Shown here: piece after piece, positions 31,301-41,600 of the stretch | Numbering within the stretch: position 1 is the first letter of the stretch | How the letters are laid out: every line of letters begins with the position of its first letter | Made by a program: the position numbers and the translations under genes | The notes under the pieces: model-generated | Seen by the model: the letters and a program-made list of their open reading frames with translations, nothing else | Databases searched by the model: none | Told to the model about the DNA's origin: nothing | NCBI GenBank assembly: GCA_044440125.1 | Contig: JBITAJ010000003.1 | Span: forward strand, 64,001 to 128,000 | Origin: Sedimentisphaeraceae bacterium JB056 | Lineage (GTDB): Bacteria; Planctomycetota; Phycisphaerae; Sedimentisphaerales; Sedimentisphaeraceae | Reading direction: 5' to 3' | Length of the DNA stretch: 64,000 nucleotides

Positions 31301-33298
31301 AAAATATCTCAAATTCTGCCAGCTATATCCTGTACCAATATACAAAGGCTGAGTATCTGTAGTGCCTGTCTGAGCATTTTCCAATATACCATGACAACGA
31401 TAATCGACATACAATTTCCATGTACCTGCCCCATCTGATGTAACAGCAACCTGATGCCAGTAACCATCATTTATTCTTCTGCTGCTTGTTATGACACCAC
31501 TTGAGATACTGAAACTCAGCAAACCTGTAGAATCATCCCAGTAAAGCTCATAACCGCCTGAACTGGGAAAACATTTCGATAAAATAAAATTCTTCACACT
31601 TGAGTCAGAACTGGCCCCGTCAACTCTGAGGAAAAACTCAATTGTTTTAGCCCCTGAAAACGCAGTAACAGGACTATGCGGCAGAGATATATAATCATCA
31701 GTACTGCCAAATTCTACGGCAGCCCTGCCATCAATCCACGAAAAGACATCTTCTGTATATTTAATACCATCATCAGGATTATTAAATGTACCAAAATCAT
31801 CAGAATTTGAAGGAGAATTATATTCTCTTACAACATCGCCGTCTCCAGGGACATAGTCATCATCTCCTGCTTCAAATCTGTAATACGCTAACAAACTGTC
31901 ATCACTGTCAATAGGCTGAAAATTTTCAGGAGTAAGAACTGAATCATAAACCCTTATATCATCAAGTACCCCATAGAAAGATCTCTGATACTGCCATCCA
32001 AAACCAGTACCAATAGCAACATATCCTGAAGATACATAACCGGTGCTGCCGCTGCAAGAACCTTCAAGAACATAATCTACGTACAGTTTATAGTTCCCCG
32101 AGTTATCAGATGTAACTGCAACATGATGCCACATATCATCATCCACTACAGTACTGCCGCTAATAACATTGCCTCCAATATTAAGAACTACTCCTCTCGT
32201 ACTTTCATCCCAGCAGATTGAATAACCGTTGCTTGTTGTATAATCTTTGCAGATCATATAATTTGCAGTAGAAGAGTCGGCGCTTGCACCATCTACTTTC
32301 ATGAAAAACTCTATGGTCTTGGTACAACCAAAGTTCCATATTGCAGAGTTTGCAACCTGTATTTCATCATTACCGGAACTAAATTCCATTGACAAAGAAG
32401 AAAAATCTTTAGCTGTATAAGTAGTATAAGCTGGCCCACCAGCAGTACTTGTAGTAACAGTACCATCATAACTGCCTGATATATTATCAATATGATCACT
32501 TGTAGTCGGAGCCAATCCGGTAGATCCACTGCCGTCTGAGCCTTTCTCGAAATTATAGCAAGCAACAGGCAAAACAGGTAAAGACTGAAAACTGCCACTA
32601 CTCAATACCGTATCTGATATTTTAATATCATCAACAGAACCGTTCAATCCGCGAGCCTCCATCCATCCATAACCACTGCCAATCGTTACATATCCGCTTG
32701 AGACATACCCCGTACTGCCGCTGCCTGAAACATCAAGATTATGATCAACATATAGATTATAAGAACCTTGATTATCCGACGTAACAGCAATATGATGCCA
32801 TGCACCGTCCAAAAACCCAATATCACTGCTGCCTGAAAGTGTGAGACTACCTATAGTAAAATTAACACTGTCATCAGATTCATCCCAATAACAGATATAG
32901 CCATTATTAACCGTATAATCTTTTGCAAAAATTATCTGCAAATCTGAAGGATCAAGCGTCTTACCATCAATTCTTACATACATTTCAATAGTTTTAGCAC
33001 TTCCAAAATTCCATACAGCATTATTAGCTATATAAAGACTCTCATCTTGAGGACCAAACTGCATGGAAAGAGAAGAACCGGAATTTGCATGGGCTGTAAT
33101 ATATTTTGGACCTACAGAAGTAGCAAGACCTACGGAAGCATCATTGCTTCCAACCGTATCATCTACTGTATGATTTAACCCGACAACATACGCACCGCCA
33201 CTACCATTAGAACCTTCTTCAAAATTATAGACAGCAACAGTAGAGCTCCAAACAACAGAACATAAAACAAACATAAAGAAAATGTAGACAGACTTCAT
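28364..33298 (-). CDS. Secreted modular enzyme: three LamG domains, GH42-like (clan GH-A) domain and a C-terminal LamG
   Basis: ATG 33298 with AGGAGG RBS; four WH(H/Q)(I/V)A / G.(I/V/L)D LamG units; SPHW, LNEP, YDW..F, NSENH and VAVLYS motifs. Confidence 0.8.
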   Translation of the reverse strand: MKSVYIFFMFVLCSVVWSSTVAVYNFEEGSNGSGGAYVVGLNHTVDDTVGSNDASVGLATSVGPKYITAHANSGSSLSMQFGPQDESLYIANNAVWNFGSAKTIEMYVRIDGKTLDPSDLQIIFAKDYTVNNGYICYWDESDDSVNFTIGSLTLSGSSDIGFLDGAWHHIAVTSDNQGSYNLYVDHNLDVSGSGSTGYVSSGYVTIGSGYGWMEARGLNGSVDDIKISDTVLSSGSFQSLPVLPVACYNFEKGSDGSGSTGLAPTTSDHIDNISGSYDGTVTTSTAGGPAYTTYTAKDFSSLSMEFSSGNDEIQVANSAIWNFGCTKTIEFFMKVDGASADSSTANYMICKDYTTSNGYSICWDESTRGVVLNIGGNVISGSTVVDDDMWHHVAVTSDNSGNYKLYVDYVLEGSCSGSTGYVSSGYVAIGTGFGWQYQRSFYGVLDDIRVYDSVLTPENFQPIDSDDSLLAYYRFEAGDDDYVPGDGDVVREYNSPSNSDDFGTFNNPDDGIKYTEDVFSWIDGRAAVEFGSTDDYISLPHSPVTAFSGAKTIEFFLRVDGASSDSSVKNFILSKCFPSSGGYELYWDDSTGLLSFSISSGVITSSRRINDGYWHQVAVTSDGAGTWKLYVDYRCHGILENAQTGTTDTQPLYIGTGYSWQNLRYFIGAIDELRISRSVLDVEDFAGIPTGYAALVDDYETLKSLANQLEASDELDVYAVMRIALIDKFLDYYIDDLVDQVSDLPTYAYSDLGDLIDEETARLQGIIADTYSTVDSPRRVVSQMPEPVGTYLQQQVEWTDGSKETRPVFLYGFCAEQQNFRADAEFIGSDLGCNYLQLFTGPKYVMPQESLWDAADPSQSSLDSGIMWHYRSAVSDANDYGIVTDMNISPHWIQDWFITNNPSYYADLGGFMKYTLNQADVKEIIGWTSRLMIEDLSTVDGLWSCCVLNEPCYFNWNADLDTSDLWVDYLQDFYNNSLSAANSNWNKSYSTWSSITKYLYPPSTPFASYPELYDWMKFNDNRISDWAVWLQTYIKAANSSLYTHIKQNERFYSQFNVMQGSDIDLLSRVTDLPGTDVALAPWDTSSSESVQRHGACGTLSLSLQKNLSQKAVINSENHVIYDNNTDSVDSGQVRSALWLQALSGMDATAAWIWGRDRGNMSSDLLGLWMNRPGATEEYARTGMDLMRLMPQIVEFREKDAKVAVLYSRTSALRYPDYSDYVLDTFQAMNQTGIQTVACTEQMVADNELLTKIPDLSVIILPGCVYLPDEVYSQIVSLSSSYDIKIIGVGSNIASKEEYCFDRSNPFSTVSSNYQSFSYFTFSGLWSSLSNTLCDLNIAPDITLTDTSGAPLSGLFYKSVEVDSIWYLTAVNMSTSSCTFKAKDVALRNWMMNDELNLVPDSSSYTMTLAPLEVGYYRLSASTPDVENYYNFEEGTDTLGSAGTAISTSGWIEDLVGSLDGTVTLASGKPEYITGLDSYTLAMKFGNANNAITFANSASFQWAESEDKTIEFFIRRDGDGPDQSSTEFVMSKGYTSSGGWQVTFDRSAGTLKFNIQGQIAESTTDFTDQQWHHVAIRHSADSGTYELFVDYAEEDELTGFTSGSSSMPDFLVGRGYGWQNLRVFNGAIDNIRISGQALGTTEFLD

Positions 33299-33359
33299 CT
33301 GTGCCTCCTGAAAAAAAATTAGAAAGTTAGAAAACAACCAAGCTTATTTTGAAATGGAC

Positions 33360-33397
33360 AAAAAAATATCGACAGCTTTTTTACAAGCTGCCGATAT
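33360..33397 (-). terminator. Intra-operon terminator-like hairpin after the PEP-CTERM gene
   Basis: Minus strand ATATCGGCAGCTT-GTAAAA-AAGCTGTCGATAT followed by a T run. Confidence 0.7.
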
Positions 33398-33403
33398 GAT
33401 ATT

Positions 33404-34195
33404 TTATTTTTTGCGTCTGCGAATCAGAATCCCACCCAAACCAAACAATGCTATTGTTGCAGGCTCAGGAATAAACTCATTAGTAGAAAGAACACTATCA
33501 GTTATACGGAATTCATCAATGGCTCCGCTAAAGACTCGCTGATCCTGCCAGCCGTAACCTTTTCCGACAGAGAATGCCGCACTTGTAACCGAACCGCTGC
33601 CGAAACCGTCAAGCGATCCTGCAAGTTCATAATCTACATAAAGATCATAATGAGCCGAATCAGCCGCATGAGTTACCGCAACATGATGCCACAGAGAGTC
33701 AGTGAATACCGAAGAACTTTCTATAGTTTCACCTTGTATTTGAAACCTTATGCTCCCCGCACTTCTGTTAAAAGTCATTTGCCATCCACCTGATGATGTA
33801 TAACCTTTACTCATTATAAACTCGGTAGTGCTTCCGTCGGGGCCGTTGCCGTCTCTGCGGACAAAGAATTCCACTGTTTTTGAGGCATTCTCCGACCACT
33901 GAAAATCAGCATCATTTCCGAAATCAACAGAATTCTGCTTCTGCCCGAATTCAAGAGCAAGATTTCCTGATGCCAGAGGTGAGACACTGTCTCCATATCT
34001 GGGATACCCGTTTACACTTGTTACAGTGCCGTTGCTCGAACCATAGCTATCTGTTACCCAACCCGAAGTTGTAGGAGCAGAACCAATGGCCCCATTGCCA
34101 TCGGAGCCTTCTTCGAAAGTATAGTAAGCGGCACCATTAACCAGGCTTACTGCTGCCAACAACAATACACAATTTCTATAAATAACATTCTTCAT
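33404..34195 (-). CDS. LamG-domain PEP-CTERM protein
   Basis: ATG 34195 with AAGGAGG RBS; one LamG; C-terminus IPEPATIALFGLGGILIRRRKK. Confidence 0.9.
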   Translation of the reverse strand: MKNVIYRNCVLLLAAVSLVNGAAYYTFEEGSDGNGAIGSAPTTSGWVTDSYGSSNGTVTSVNGYPRYGDSVSPLASGNLALEFGQKQNSVDFGNDADFQWSENASKTVEFFVRRDGNGPDGSTTEFIMSKGYTSSGGWQMTFNRSAGSIRFQIQGETIESSSVFTDSLWHHVAVTHAADSAHYDLYVDYELAGSLDGFGSGSVTSAAFSVGKGYGWQDQRVFSGAIDEFRITDSVLSTNEFIPEPATIALFGLGGILIRRRKK

Positions 34196-34206
34196 AATTG
34201 CCTCCT

Positions 34207-35838
34207 TTATGGCCAAATATTATCCTGATTCCATTGAGATGCCATCAAAGCAAAGTCATCCAATGTAACCATATAGTCTCCTGTAAGATCACCTTCCTGC
34301 TCACCCATTGGGCGACGAACATAAACTCTGATATCATCAATATAAATTGTGCCTGTTCCAGCATTACCTGTTGCTATTAAAGAAATATTCTGAATATTGG
34401 TAAGATCAACACCATTATAAAGACTTAGATCAATATTCATTTCATTCCACAAACCATCAGTAATATCGGCAAAACCAGAGTAGGTTACTGCTGAAGAATT
34501 AGTTCCATCTGATAACTCTACTTCAACATCTACAGAATCATTACTTACAGGTGCAAGTACATATATTGACATAGACTTTATGCCGTTATCCTGCCAGTTA
34601 GTATAGGAAGGAACAAAAGAAGCAATAGATGTGTCAGATGCTGAAGCTAAATCATAGACCATCTTAAGCCCTCTTTCACCATCATTATAGACATCTTCAT
34701 CTATGGACGCCAAATCTGATGACTGAAGATTATTAGGATCATCCTGTGATATAGTCCAACTTGTTTCGAGAGCAGCTTCATCAGCATAAGATTCAAAATC
34801 CTCAAGCACTACATAATCAGATGTTGTAAAACTCCATACATCGCCTGTCCATGGGCTGTCTTGAGACGAAGAGTTTACAGCATCAATTCTCCAGTAATAT
34901 GTAGTGGCAGGTTTGAGTACTGGTGTAGTCCAGGACAATGAACTTGTCTCTGTCTGGTAAGCAAGTGAGTCAGCAGAAGTTCCAAAATATACAGAATGTG
35001 TAACCGCAGAACTACCCGCTATCCACTCAAGAGTAGGAGTAAGCCCTGAAACAACAGTCGTATTACCCGGCTTAGGGAAACTTGCTGTTTCGATCTCTAC
35101 CTTAAGGAATTCAAAAGTAGACAATGCTGTATCAGAAAATCTCACCTCATCAATATAACCATTGAATGAACGCAATGACTGCCATCCGTATCCACTACCG
35201 ATATATAGAGGACCTTCGCTTACCGAACCAGAGCCATATCCGCTCAGTTCAGCCTCTTTTCTATAGTCAACAAACAGCTCATATGTAGCAGAATTAGCAG
35301 CATGAGTAACAGCTACATGATGCCAGCCGCCATCAGTAAAATCAGTAACACTGCTGATTATATGATTTCTTATACGGAAATTCAGCAAACCTGTATTACG
35401 GTTAAAATACATATCCCAGCCATTTGTAGTCCCATAGTCCTTAGACATCACAAACTCTGTTGAACTTGGATCAAATCCATTACCAGATCTACAAACAAAG
35501 AATTCAACAGTCCTGGAAGTATTCTCAGAAAATTGGTAAATACTTGAGTTACCTACTAATACATAACCACCTTCAGTACTGAACCGCAACGATGTGCTTC
35601 CCGGAGCAGAGACAGAAGATTCCGTAGAATACTCGGGAGAGGATAAGCTCAAAACAACAGTCCCATTATTATCCGAGTTGATAGAATCCAAAACCCAATC
35701 ATCAGTTTCCGGTACCGTGCCAACAGCACCATTTCCATCAACGCCCTCTTCAAACATGTAATACGACAGCGTAGTTGCCGCAACAGGCATGCTTATTGAT
35801 ACCATAATAATACTTATTACTAATAGAAATCTATACAT
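34207..35838 (-). CDS. Secreted LamG + FN3-like + CBM11-like protein with half-dockerin tail
   Basis: ATG 35838 with GGAG RBS; LamG; TYYWRID..VWSFT; EDFESY..IYIDDI; GDLTGDYMVTLDDF..W. Confidence 0.75.
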   Translation of the reverse strand: MYRFLLVISIIMVSISMPVAATTLSYYMFEEGVDGNGAVGTVPETDDWVLDSINSDNNGTVVLSLSSPEYSTESSVSAPGSTSLRFSTEGGYVLVGNSSIYQFSENTSRTVEFFVCRSGNGFDPSSTEFVMSKDYGTTNGWDMYFNRNTGLLNFRIRNHIISSVTDFTDGGWHHVAVTHAANSATYELFVDYRKEAELSGYGSGSVSEGPLYIGSGYGWQSLRSFNGYIDEVRFSDTALSTFEFLKVEIETASFPKPGNTTVVSGLTPTLEWIAGSSAVTHSVYFGTSADSLAYQTETSSLSWTTPVLKPATTYYWRIDAVNSSSQDSPWTGDVWSFTTSDYVVLEDFESYADEAALETSWTISQDDPNNLQSSDLASIDEDVYNDGERGLKMVYDLASASDTSIASFVPSYTNWQDNGIKSMSIYVLAPVSNDSVDVEVELSDGTNSSAVTYSGFADITDGLWNEMNIDLSLYNGVDLTNIQNISLIATGNAGTGTIYIDDIRVYVRRPMGEQEGDLTGDYMVTLDDFALMASQWNQDNIWP

Positions 35839-35900
35839 TTTTATCTCCATATTGTTTAGCTTAATTTTAGTTAAATTAAATAACAGTCAAACGTATACTC

Positions 35901-37541
35901 TTACGGCCACAATGTTGTATCAGCCCAATTGTCCACTATCACACTAAGATCAAGTATATCAACACGGCAGTCACCATTCATGTCAGCACTAAGAGCTTCT
36001 GTACAAATGCCCTGCAGTATATTAACATAATCAACATAGAGATACCCAGTACCGGTTGCATTAGTCAGAGAAATTGTAAGACCCTGTACATCTGTAAGAT
36101 CTAAGCCAACAAAATCATCAAGACTGACATATACAGCATGCCACTGGCCATCATTCAGAGAAGAAGAGTCTTCATATAAAACATCCACTGTCTGAGCAGA
36201 ATCGCTTATTGAAACGATAATATCAGCATCAACACTGCCAGCTTCGAACATAGCATAAAAGCTTAAAGCTCTTACATCGTCAACGGTCCAATCTGTAACA
36301 GCAGGAGAAAAAGAAGTAGATGAAACATCGCTTGTATCAGCAAGATCATAAGCTATCTGCATACCTTTATCGCCTGAATACAAGGTAGTAGCTCCAACAG
36401 CAGAATCAGATGACTGAAGATTGTTAGGATCAGCATCGCTGAAAGTCCAGGCAGCATCTATAGCACTCTCATCAGCATAAGACTCAAAATCATCAATAAC
36501 TATTAAACTTTGAACTGTAAAACTCCAAACCTCACTTGTCCATGGGCTTTCTGGATACGAATCGTTTATTTCGTCAACTCTCCAGTAGTAAGTTTGTCCA
36601 AGCTCAAGAGCAGGAGAATATTCATTTACAGAAACCTCTCCCATATATTCGTCTGAAACCTCTGTAGCATTCAATACCGCTTCATAATCAGTCCCAAGAT
36701 ATACCTTGTGAGTCAATGCAAAATCACCGGATGTCCAGCTCAATGTAACATTGTTAGCAATATTCTGTGAACCATCAGCCGGCTGTGGAGTATAAGCTGC
36801 AGTTACATTTCTGTAAACAAAATCGGCAGGAATCAATACTTCATCTGATATTCTGATATCATCCATAGCACCATTGAATACACGTTGATCCATCCAACCA
36901 TACCCTTTACCAACCAAGAGTGTTGGAGTTGTAACGGAACCGCTTGAAAAACCGGTTATTTCTGCTTCTTTCTCGTAATCAACGTATAATTCATATATTC
37001 CAGAGTTAGCCTCATGTGTAATGGCAACATGATGCCATACCATATCTTCAAATGAAGTAGTACTTTCCATTACAGCACTTTGAACCTGAAATCTTATGGT
37101 CTTAGCTGTGCGGTAGAAATATATTTGCCAACCGCCTGAAGAAGTATACCCCTTACTCATAATAAACTCAGTTGTACTTCCATCAGGGCCATTGCCATCG
37201 CGACGGATATAGAACTCAAGAGTTTTTGAGGCATTTTCCGACCATTGAACGGCTGCTGAATTAGGTATAGTAATACCGTTGTATTTAGCAGCAAACCTCA
37301 TACCCAAACTTCCCATAGAACGAAATGCAACAGTATCAATATAGGCAGGGTAACCACCACTTACTGCCGCTGTAGCATTATTACTGCCTGCAGAATCAAG
37401 GACCCAGCCAGATGTTGTCGGAGCTGTTCCAGTTGCACCAAGACCATTAAAACCTTCTTCAAAATCATAATATGCAACCGTCCCGGCAAAAAGCATAGTG
37501 CTTAGAACAGAAGATAACAAAATTGCTAACTTAAATTTCAT
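35901..37541 (-). CDS. Secreted LamG + FN3-like + CBM11-like protein with half-dockerin tail (tandem paralog of 34207-35838)
   Basis: ATG 37541 with GGAG RBS; same architecture; shared DPNNLQSSD and FESYADE; ADMNGDCRVDILDL..W. Confidence 0.75.
   Translation of the reverse strand: MKFKLAILLSSVLSTMLFAGTVAYYDFEEGFNGLGATGTAPTTSGWVLDSAGSNNATAAVSGGYPAYIDTVAFRSMGSLGMRFAAKYNGITIPNSAAVQWSENASKTLEFYIRRDGNGPDGSTTEFIMSKGYTSSGGWQIYFYRTAKTIRFQVQSAVMESTTSFEDMVWHHVAITHEANSGIYELYVDYEKEAEITGFSSGSVTTPTLLVGKGYGWMDQRVFNGAMDDIRISDEVLIPADFVYRNVTAAYTPQPADGSQNIANNVTLSWTSGDFALTHKVYLGTDYEAVLNATEVSDEYMGEVSVNEYSPALELGQTYYWRVDEINDSYPESPWTSEVWSFTVQSLIVIDDFESYADESAIDAAWTFSDADPNNLQSSDSAVGATTLYSGDKGMQIAYDLADTSDVSSTSFSPAVTDWTVDDVRALSFYAMFEAGSVDADIIVSISDSAQTVDVLYEDSSSLNDGQWHAVYVSLDDFVGLDLTDVQGLTISLTNATGTGYLYVDYVNILQGICTEALSADMNGDCRVDILDLSVIVDNWADTTLWP
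36952..37144 (-). repeat. 193-bp inverted repeat, copy 1 (within a LamG coding region)
   Basis: Reverse complement matches 39049-39241 with 9 mismatches (manual alignment). Confidence 0.9.
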
Positions 37542-37591
37542 ACTTGTCTCCATTAAAAAAATAACATTAAAAAGGCGCAAACTGCCTACCA

Positions 37592-38329
37592 CTATTGTCT
37601 ATCTTTTACATTTGACAAAAATCTGTCAAGACTGTAACCCACGACCGCCGGATCAACTTCAACTCCTTTAGATACAGAGCAATCAGAGAACGCAACATTC
37701 AAATCACCATTCATGGCATTATCACTATTTTCATTTGCTCCAGCGGCAACACTGGCAAAATGATTCCAATAGAAATTCATACCAGCTGTGTAGCCTTTTT
37801 CGTCAGAAATCAATGGCTTTGATGCATCAGAGAGCCTCAATGCTCGTTTCATAGGAGTTCTCGTTCCGTTATAGCAAGCAAGGAAATTATAGCCGATGCC
37901 TCTGCCCTGCCATCCCACTTTCTCTGGGGACCAGTCAGCTTTATTTTCTGCATCAAATTGCCTGTGCTTATCAAGCGGACAATAAAAAACAGTAGGATCC
38001 GACACATAACCTGGATATAACAAACTTAAATACAAATTAGGCCTGCAGAAGAAGCCTCCGAATTCACCCCAGTTCTCAGATGAAGATGTGCCTGTCCACC
38101 AATCTTTACCATCGGTCCTTCCAGTATAAATAAATTTACCATCGTAGTCTGCCGCGTATACAGCATTACCTAAAACAGATTGCCTTACATTATTGGCACA
38201 GATATTCAGCTTTGCAGATCGCCTGGCTTTTCTTAACGACGGCATCAGAACCGACATAAGCAAGGCAATTATCGATATGACCACAAGTAACTCAATTAGA
38301 GTAAAAGCTTTACGCCATTGTCTTTGCAT
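37592..38329 (-). CDS. Prepilin-type N-methylation protein (DUF1559-like) with variant H-X9-DG motif
   Basis: AFTLIELLVVISIIALLMSVLMPSL, C..NVRQ, FYCP; NH..LNVAFSDCSV; AAGGAG RBS. Confidence 0.85.
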   Translation of the reverse strand: MQRQWRKAFTLIELLVVISIIALLMSVLMPSLRKARRSAKLNICANNVRQSVLGNAVYAADYDGKFIYTGRTDGKDWWTGTSSSENWGEFGGFFCRPNLYLSLLYPGYVSDPTVFYCPLDKHRQFDAENKADWSPEKVGWQGRGIGYNFLACYNGTRTPMKRALRLSDASKPLISDEKGYTAGMNFYWNHFASVAAGANENSDNAMNGDLNVAFSDCSVSKGVEVDPAVVGYSLDRFLSNVKDRQ

Positions 38330-38375
38330 GACATAGTCTCCTTTGTCTATAGATTAATTCCAAAACGATAAATAG

Positions 38376-38404
38376 AGTGTAATAAATAAAAGACATATTG
38401 TCAA
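38376..38404 (-). promoter_or_regulatory. Promoter of the prepilin/LamG operon
   Basis: TTGACA-N17-TACACT. Confidence 0.6.
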
Positions 38405-38588
38405 CTTAAAAATACAACTTATCACCAAAAAAAGATATGATATTTGGGGACATCCTAAATGTTTTAAGAACAAATTAACCACATAAACGTATAAAAAACA
38501 AGGTTTTAACTTTAACAAATCTTATTAAAAACTATTTTTCTTAAATCTGACAAAAATAGACAAAGCAAAGATATCTTGTATTTTTTTG

Positions 38589-38617
38589 TTTACAAGTGAT
38601 AAAGAACATGATATCAT
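38589..38617 (+). promoter_or_regulatory. Promoter of the 38661 gene
   Basis: TTTACA-N17-TATCAT with extended TG; starts with the same TTTACAAGT as the 27047 promoter. Confidence 0.6.
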
Positions 38618-38660
38618 CACATCTCAGATGTAATCACTTTTATTATTTAATGAGGTAAAA

Positions 38661-41600
38661 ATGAAGTTCTTCGGATGGCTTGTATTATTTCTCTTGTCCG
38701 TACATTCTGTTATTTTCGGCAACACGATAGCTTTCTACGACTTCGAAGAAGGCTCAGACGGCACTGGAGGCACGGGGACTGCACCGGCACAGACAGGATG
38801 GGTATCAGATTCAGCAGGAGACAATCATGGAACACCTTATATATATGGAGACAAACCATACTATATTAAAAGCCAGGAATCAAATTTAGCTCTTAGTTTT
38901 GGAGTTGCCAAAAACGCAATCCAATTCAACAACTCAAGCGTATTCCAATGGCCGGAAAACTCATCTCGAACTATTGAATTCTTTATCCGCCGTGATGGCA
39001 ATGGTTCTGACGGCAGCACGACGGAATTCATTATGAGCAAGGGATATGCTTCTTCAGGCGGTTGGCAAATATATTTTTACCGTACAGCTAAGACCATAAG
39101 ATTTCAGGCTCAAAGTGCTGTAATGGAAAGTACTACTTCATTTGAAGATACGGTATGGCATCATGTTGCAATTACACATGAGGCTAACTCTGAAACATAT
39201 GAATTATATGTTGATTACGAAAAAGAAGCAGAAATAACCGGATACAGCTCAGGCTCAGTTACAAGCGCCGCTTTTTTTGTTGGCAGAGGCTACGGATGGC
39301 AGGAACTCAGGGTATTCAACGGAGCAATAGACAATATCAGGATATCTGATCAAAACTTATCGCCAGAGCAATTCCAACAATTGAACACTGACCTTCTCCT
39401 ATCTTTCGAAGAAGGTACTGACGGCTCAGGTACACAAGGCCAAGCCCCTTCTGACGCAGGCTGGATTGTAAGCACATATAACCCTGCAATAGCCTCAGCA
39501 ACTGCCTCTCCTGGTGGAGAAGGACCTATTTACAGCCATTACAATGAAACCCAATTATGCATGGAATTCACCGGCAACACCGCTGATTACATAACAATAC
39601 CCGACTCTGATATAATAGATATTTCAGAAGAGGAAAACATCACTATTGAACTATACTTCAAAGTTCTGAACGAAAATTTTGTCTCAAGTCCTCTAAATTG
39701 GCTAATGTGCAAAGGCTTCACTGACAGTTCAAGTAATGGCTGGGGAATATACTGGAACGAATCTGATGACAAGATCACATTCAATATCTCAGGACAATCC
39801 GTCACTTCTCAAACAACAATAAATGATGGATACTGGTATCACTTTGCTATTACGCATGAGGCTTCAACCGGAATTTACAACCTTTATATAGACCATCAAT
39901 TTCAGGGCAGAATAGAATCCAGTTATTCGGGAAGCCTTAATTCCGAAGACCTGATAATAGGCCGCGGATGGGACTGGCAGTACAATAGAGACTTCATAGG
40001 CAGTATAGATGAATTCAAGATCAGCAGCGAAGTATATAACGAGCAGCAATTCATGCCGTTGCCTGTAAAACAAATAGATCTTACGACACGAGTCAGTAAT
40101 CTCAACAAACTGGCAGAAAAACTCGAAACTGCGGGACAGCTTGACTACTACGGAAATATGAGAAACAAGCTTGTTCAAAAATTCTTGCCTTATATTGAGA
40201 CTCTTAACCAAGACGGAAATACTGAACTGGCCGACTATGCCGAGGCGGATATCGAAAGAATAACAACGGAAGAAACAAGCCGACTCGGTGCTATACTAAA
40301 TGGAGAGCTGCCCCAGACTTATACTCCCAGAAGAGTTGCAGACCAAATGCCTGTTCATACTAATGGGCATCTCCAACAGCAAGTTCAATGGCCTGATAAT
40401 ACGACAGAAACAAGACCCGTATTCCTATACGGCTTCTGCGCTGAGCAACAAAACTTCCGTCCGGATGCCGAATTCATCGGCAACGACCTCGGCTGTAATT
40501 ATCTTCAGGTATTTACCGGACCAAGGTATGTCATGCCGGACGAATCAATGTGGGATACAGACAATCCATCACAAAGCACACTGGATGCCGGAGTTATTGG
40601 AAGCTACCAAAGCGCAATAGCAGATGCCTACAACAACGGTATAATAACTGACCTCAACATCTCGCCTCACTGGATACAAAATTGGTTCATAGACAATCAC
40701 CCAGAATACTACGCTGATCTCGGTGGATTTATGAAATACACGCTGAATCAAGCCGAAGTAAAAGAAATAATCGGCTGGTCAAGCAGGCTGCTCATCGAGG
40801 AGTTAAGTACCCAAACAGGTTTGTGGTCGTGCTGCATAATGAACGAACCATGTTATTTCCGATGGACAGACGACCCGGACACTTCAAGTTTATGGACAAA
40901 TTATCTACAGAACTTCTACAGTAATAATATCGCCACTGCAAACTCAAACTGGGGCAAATCGTATTCATCATGGACAAATATAACCCAATACCTTTATCCC
41001 CCGTCAACACCATATCCGGCATACCCGGAGCTATACGACTGGATGAAATTTAACGATACGCGAATAAGAGACTGGGCATTGTGGCTGCAGACTTACGTCA
41101 AAGCGGCAAACAGTTCACTTTATACTCACATAAAACAGAATAACAGGTTTTATACACAATTCAACGTTATGCAGGGCAGCGACATTGATCTTCTAAGCAA
41201 ATGTACAGATTTACCCGGCACAGACGTAGGACTTTACTCATGGAACCCGTCATCACCTTCAAATACTGAGCTTTACGGCGTATCATCAACGCTGCCAATG
41301 ACAACGCAGAGAACCGTAACGGGACGACCGATAATCAATTCAGAAAACCATATACTCAGAGACAACAACTCTGAACCAATAGAACAAGGCCATGTAAGGG
41401 CCAGTATGTGGCTTCAGGCACTATCAGGCATGGACGCTATGAGTGCATGGATTTGGGGATATGACCCTACAGATGAATTATCAACAGGACTCTGGAAAAA
41501 TCGTCCCGGGGCAACCGAAGAACTGGCACGAACAGGTATGGACCTAATGAGACTGATGCCGCAGATTGTCGAATTCAGAGAAAAGCCTGCAGAGGTTGCT

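Noticed and set aside
36952..39241. Site-specific invertible element (shufflon or invertase switch)
   Set aside because: No recombinase gene in the window, and the repeats are long coding homology rather than short crossover sites; kept only as gene conversion with possible homologous inversion
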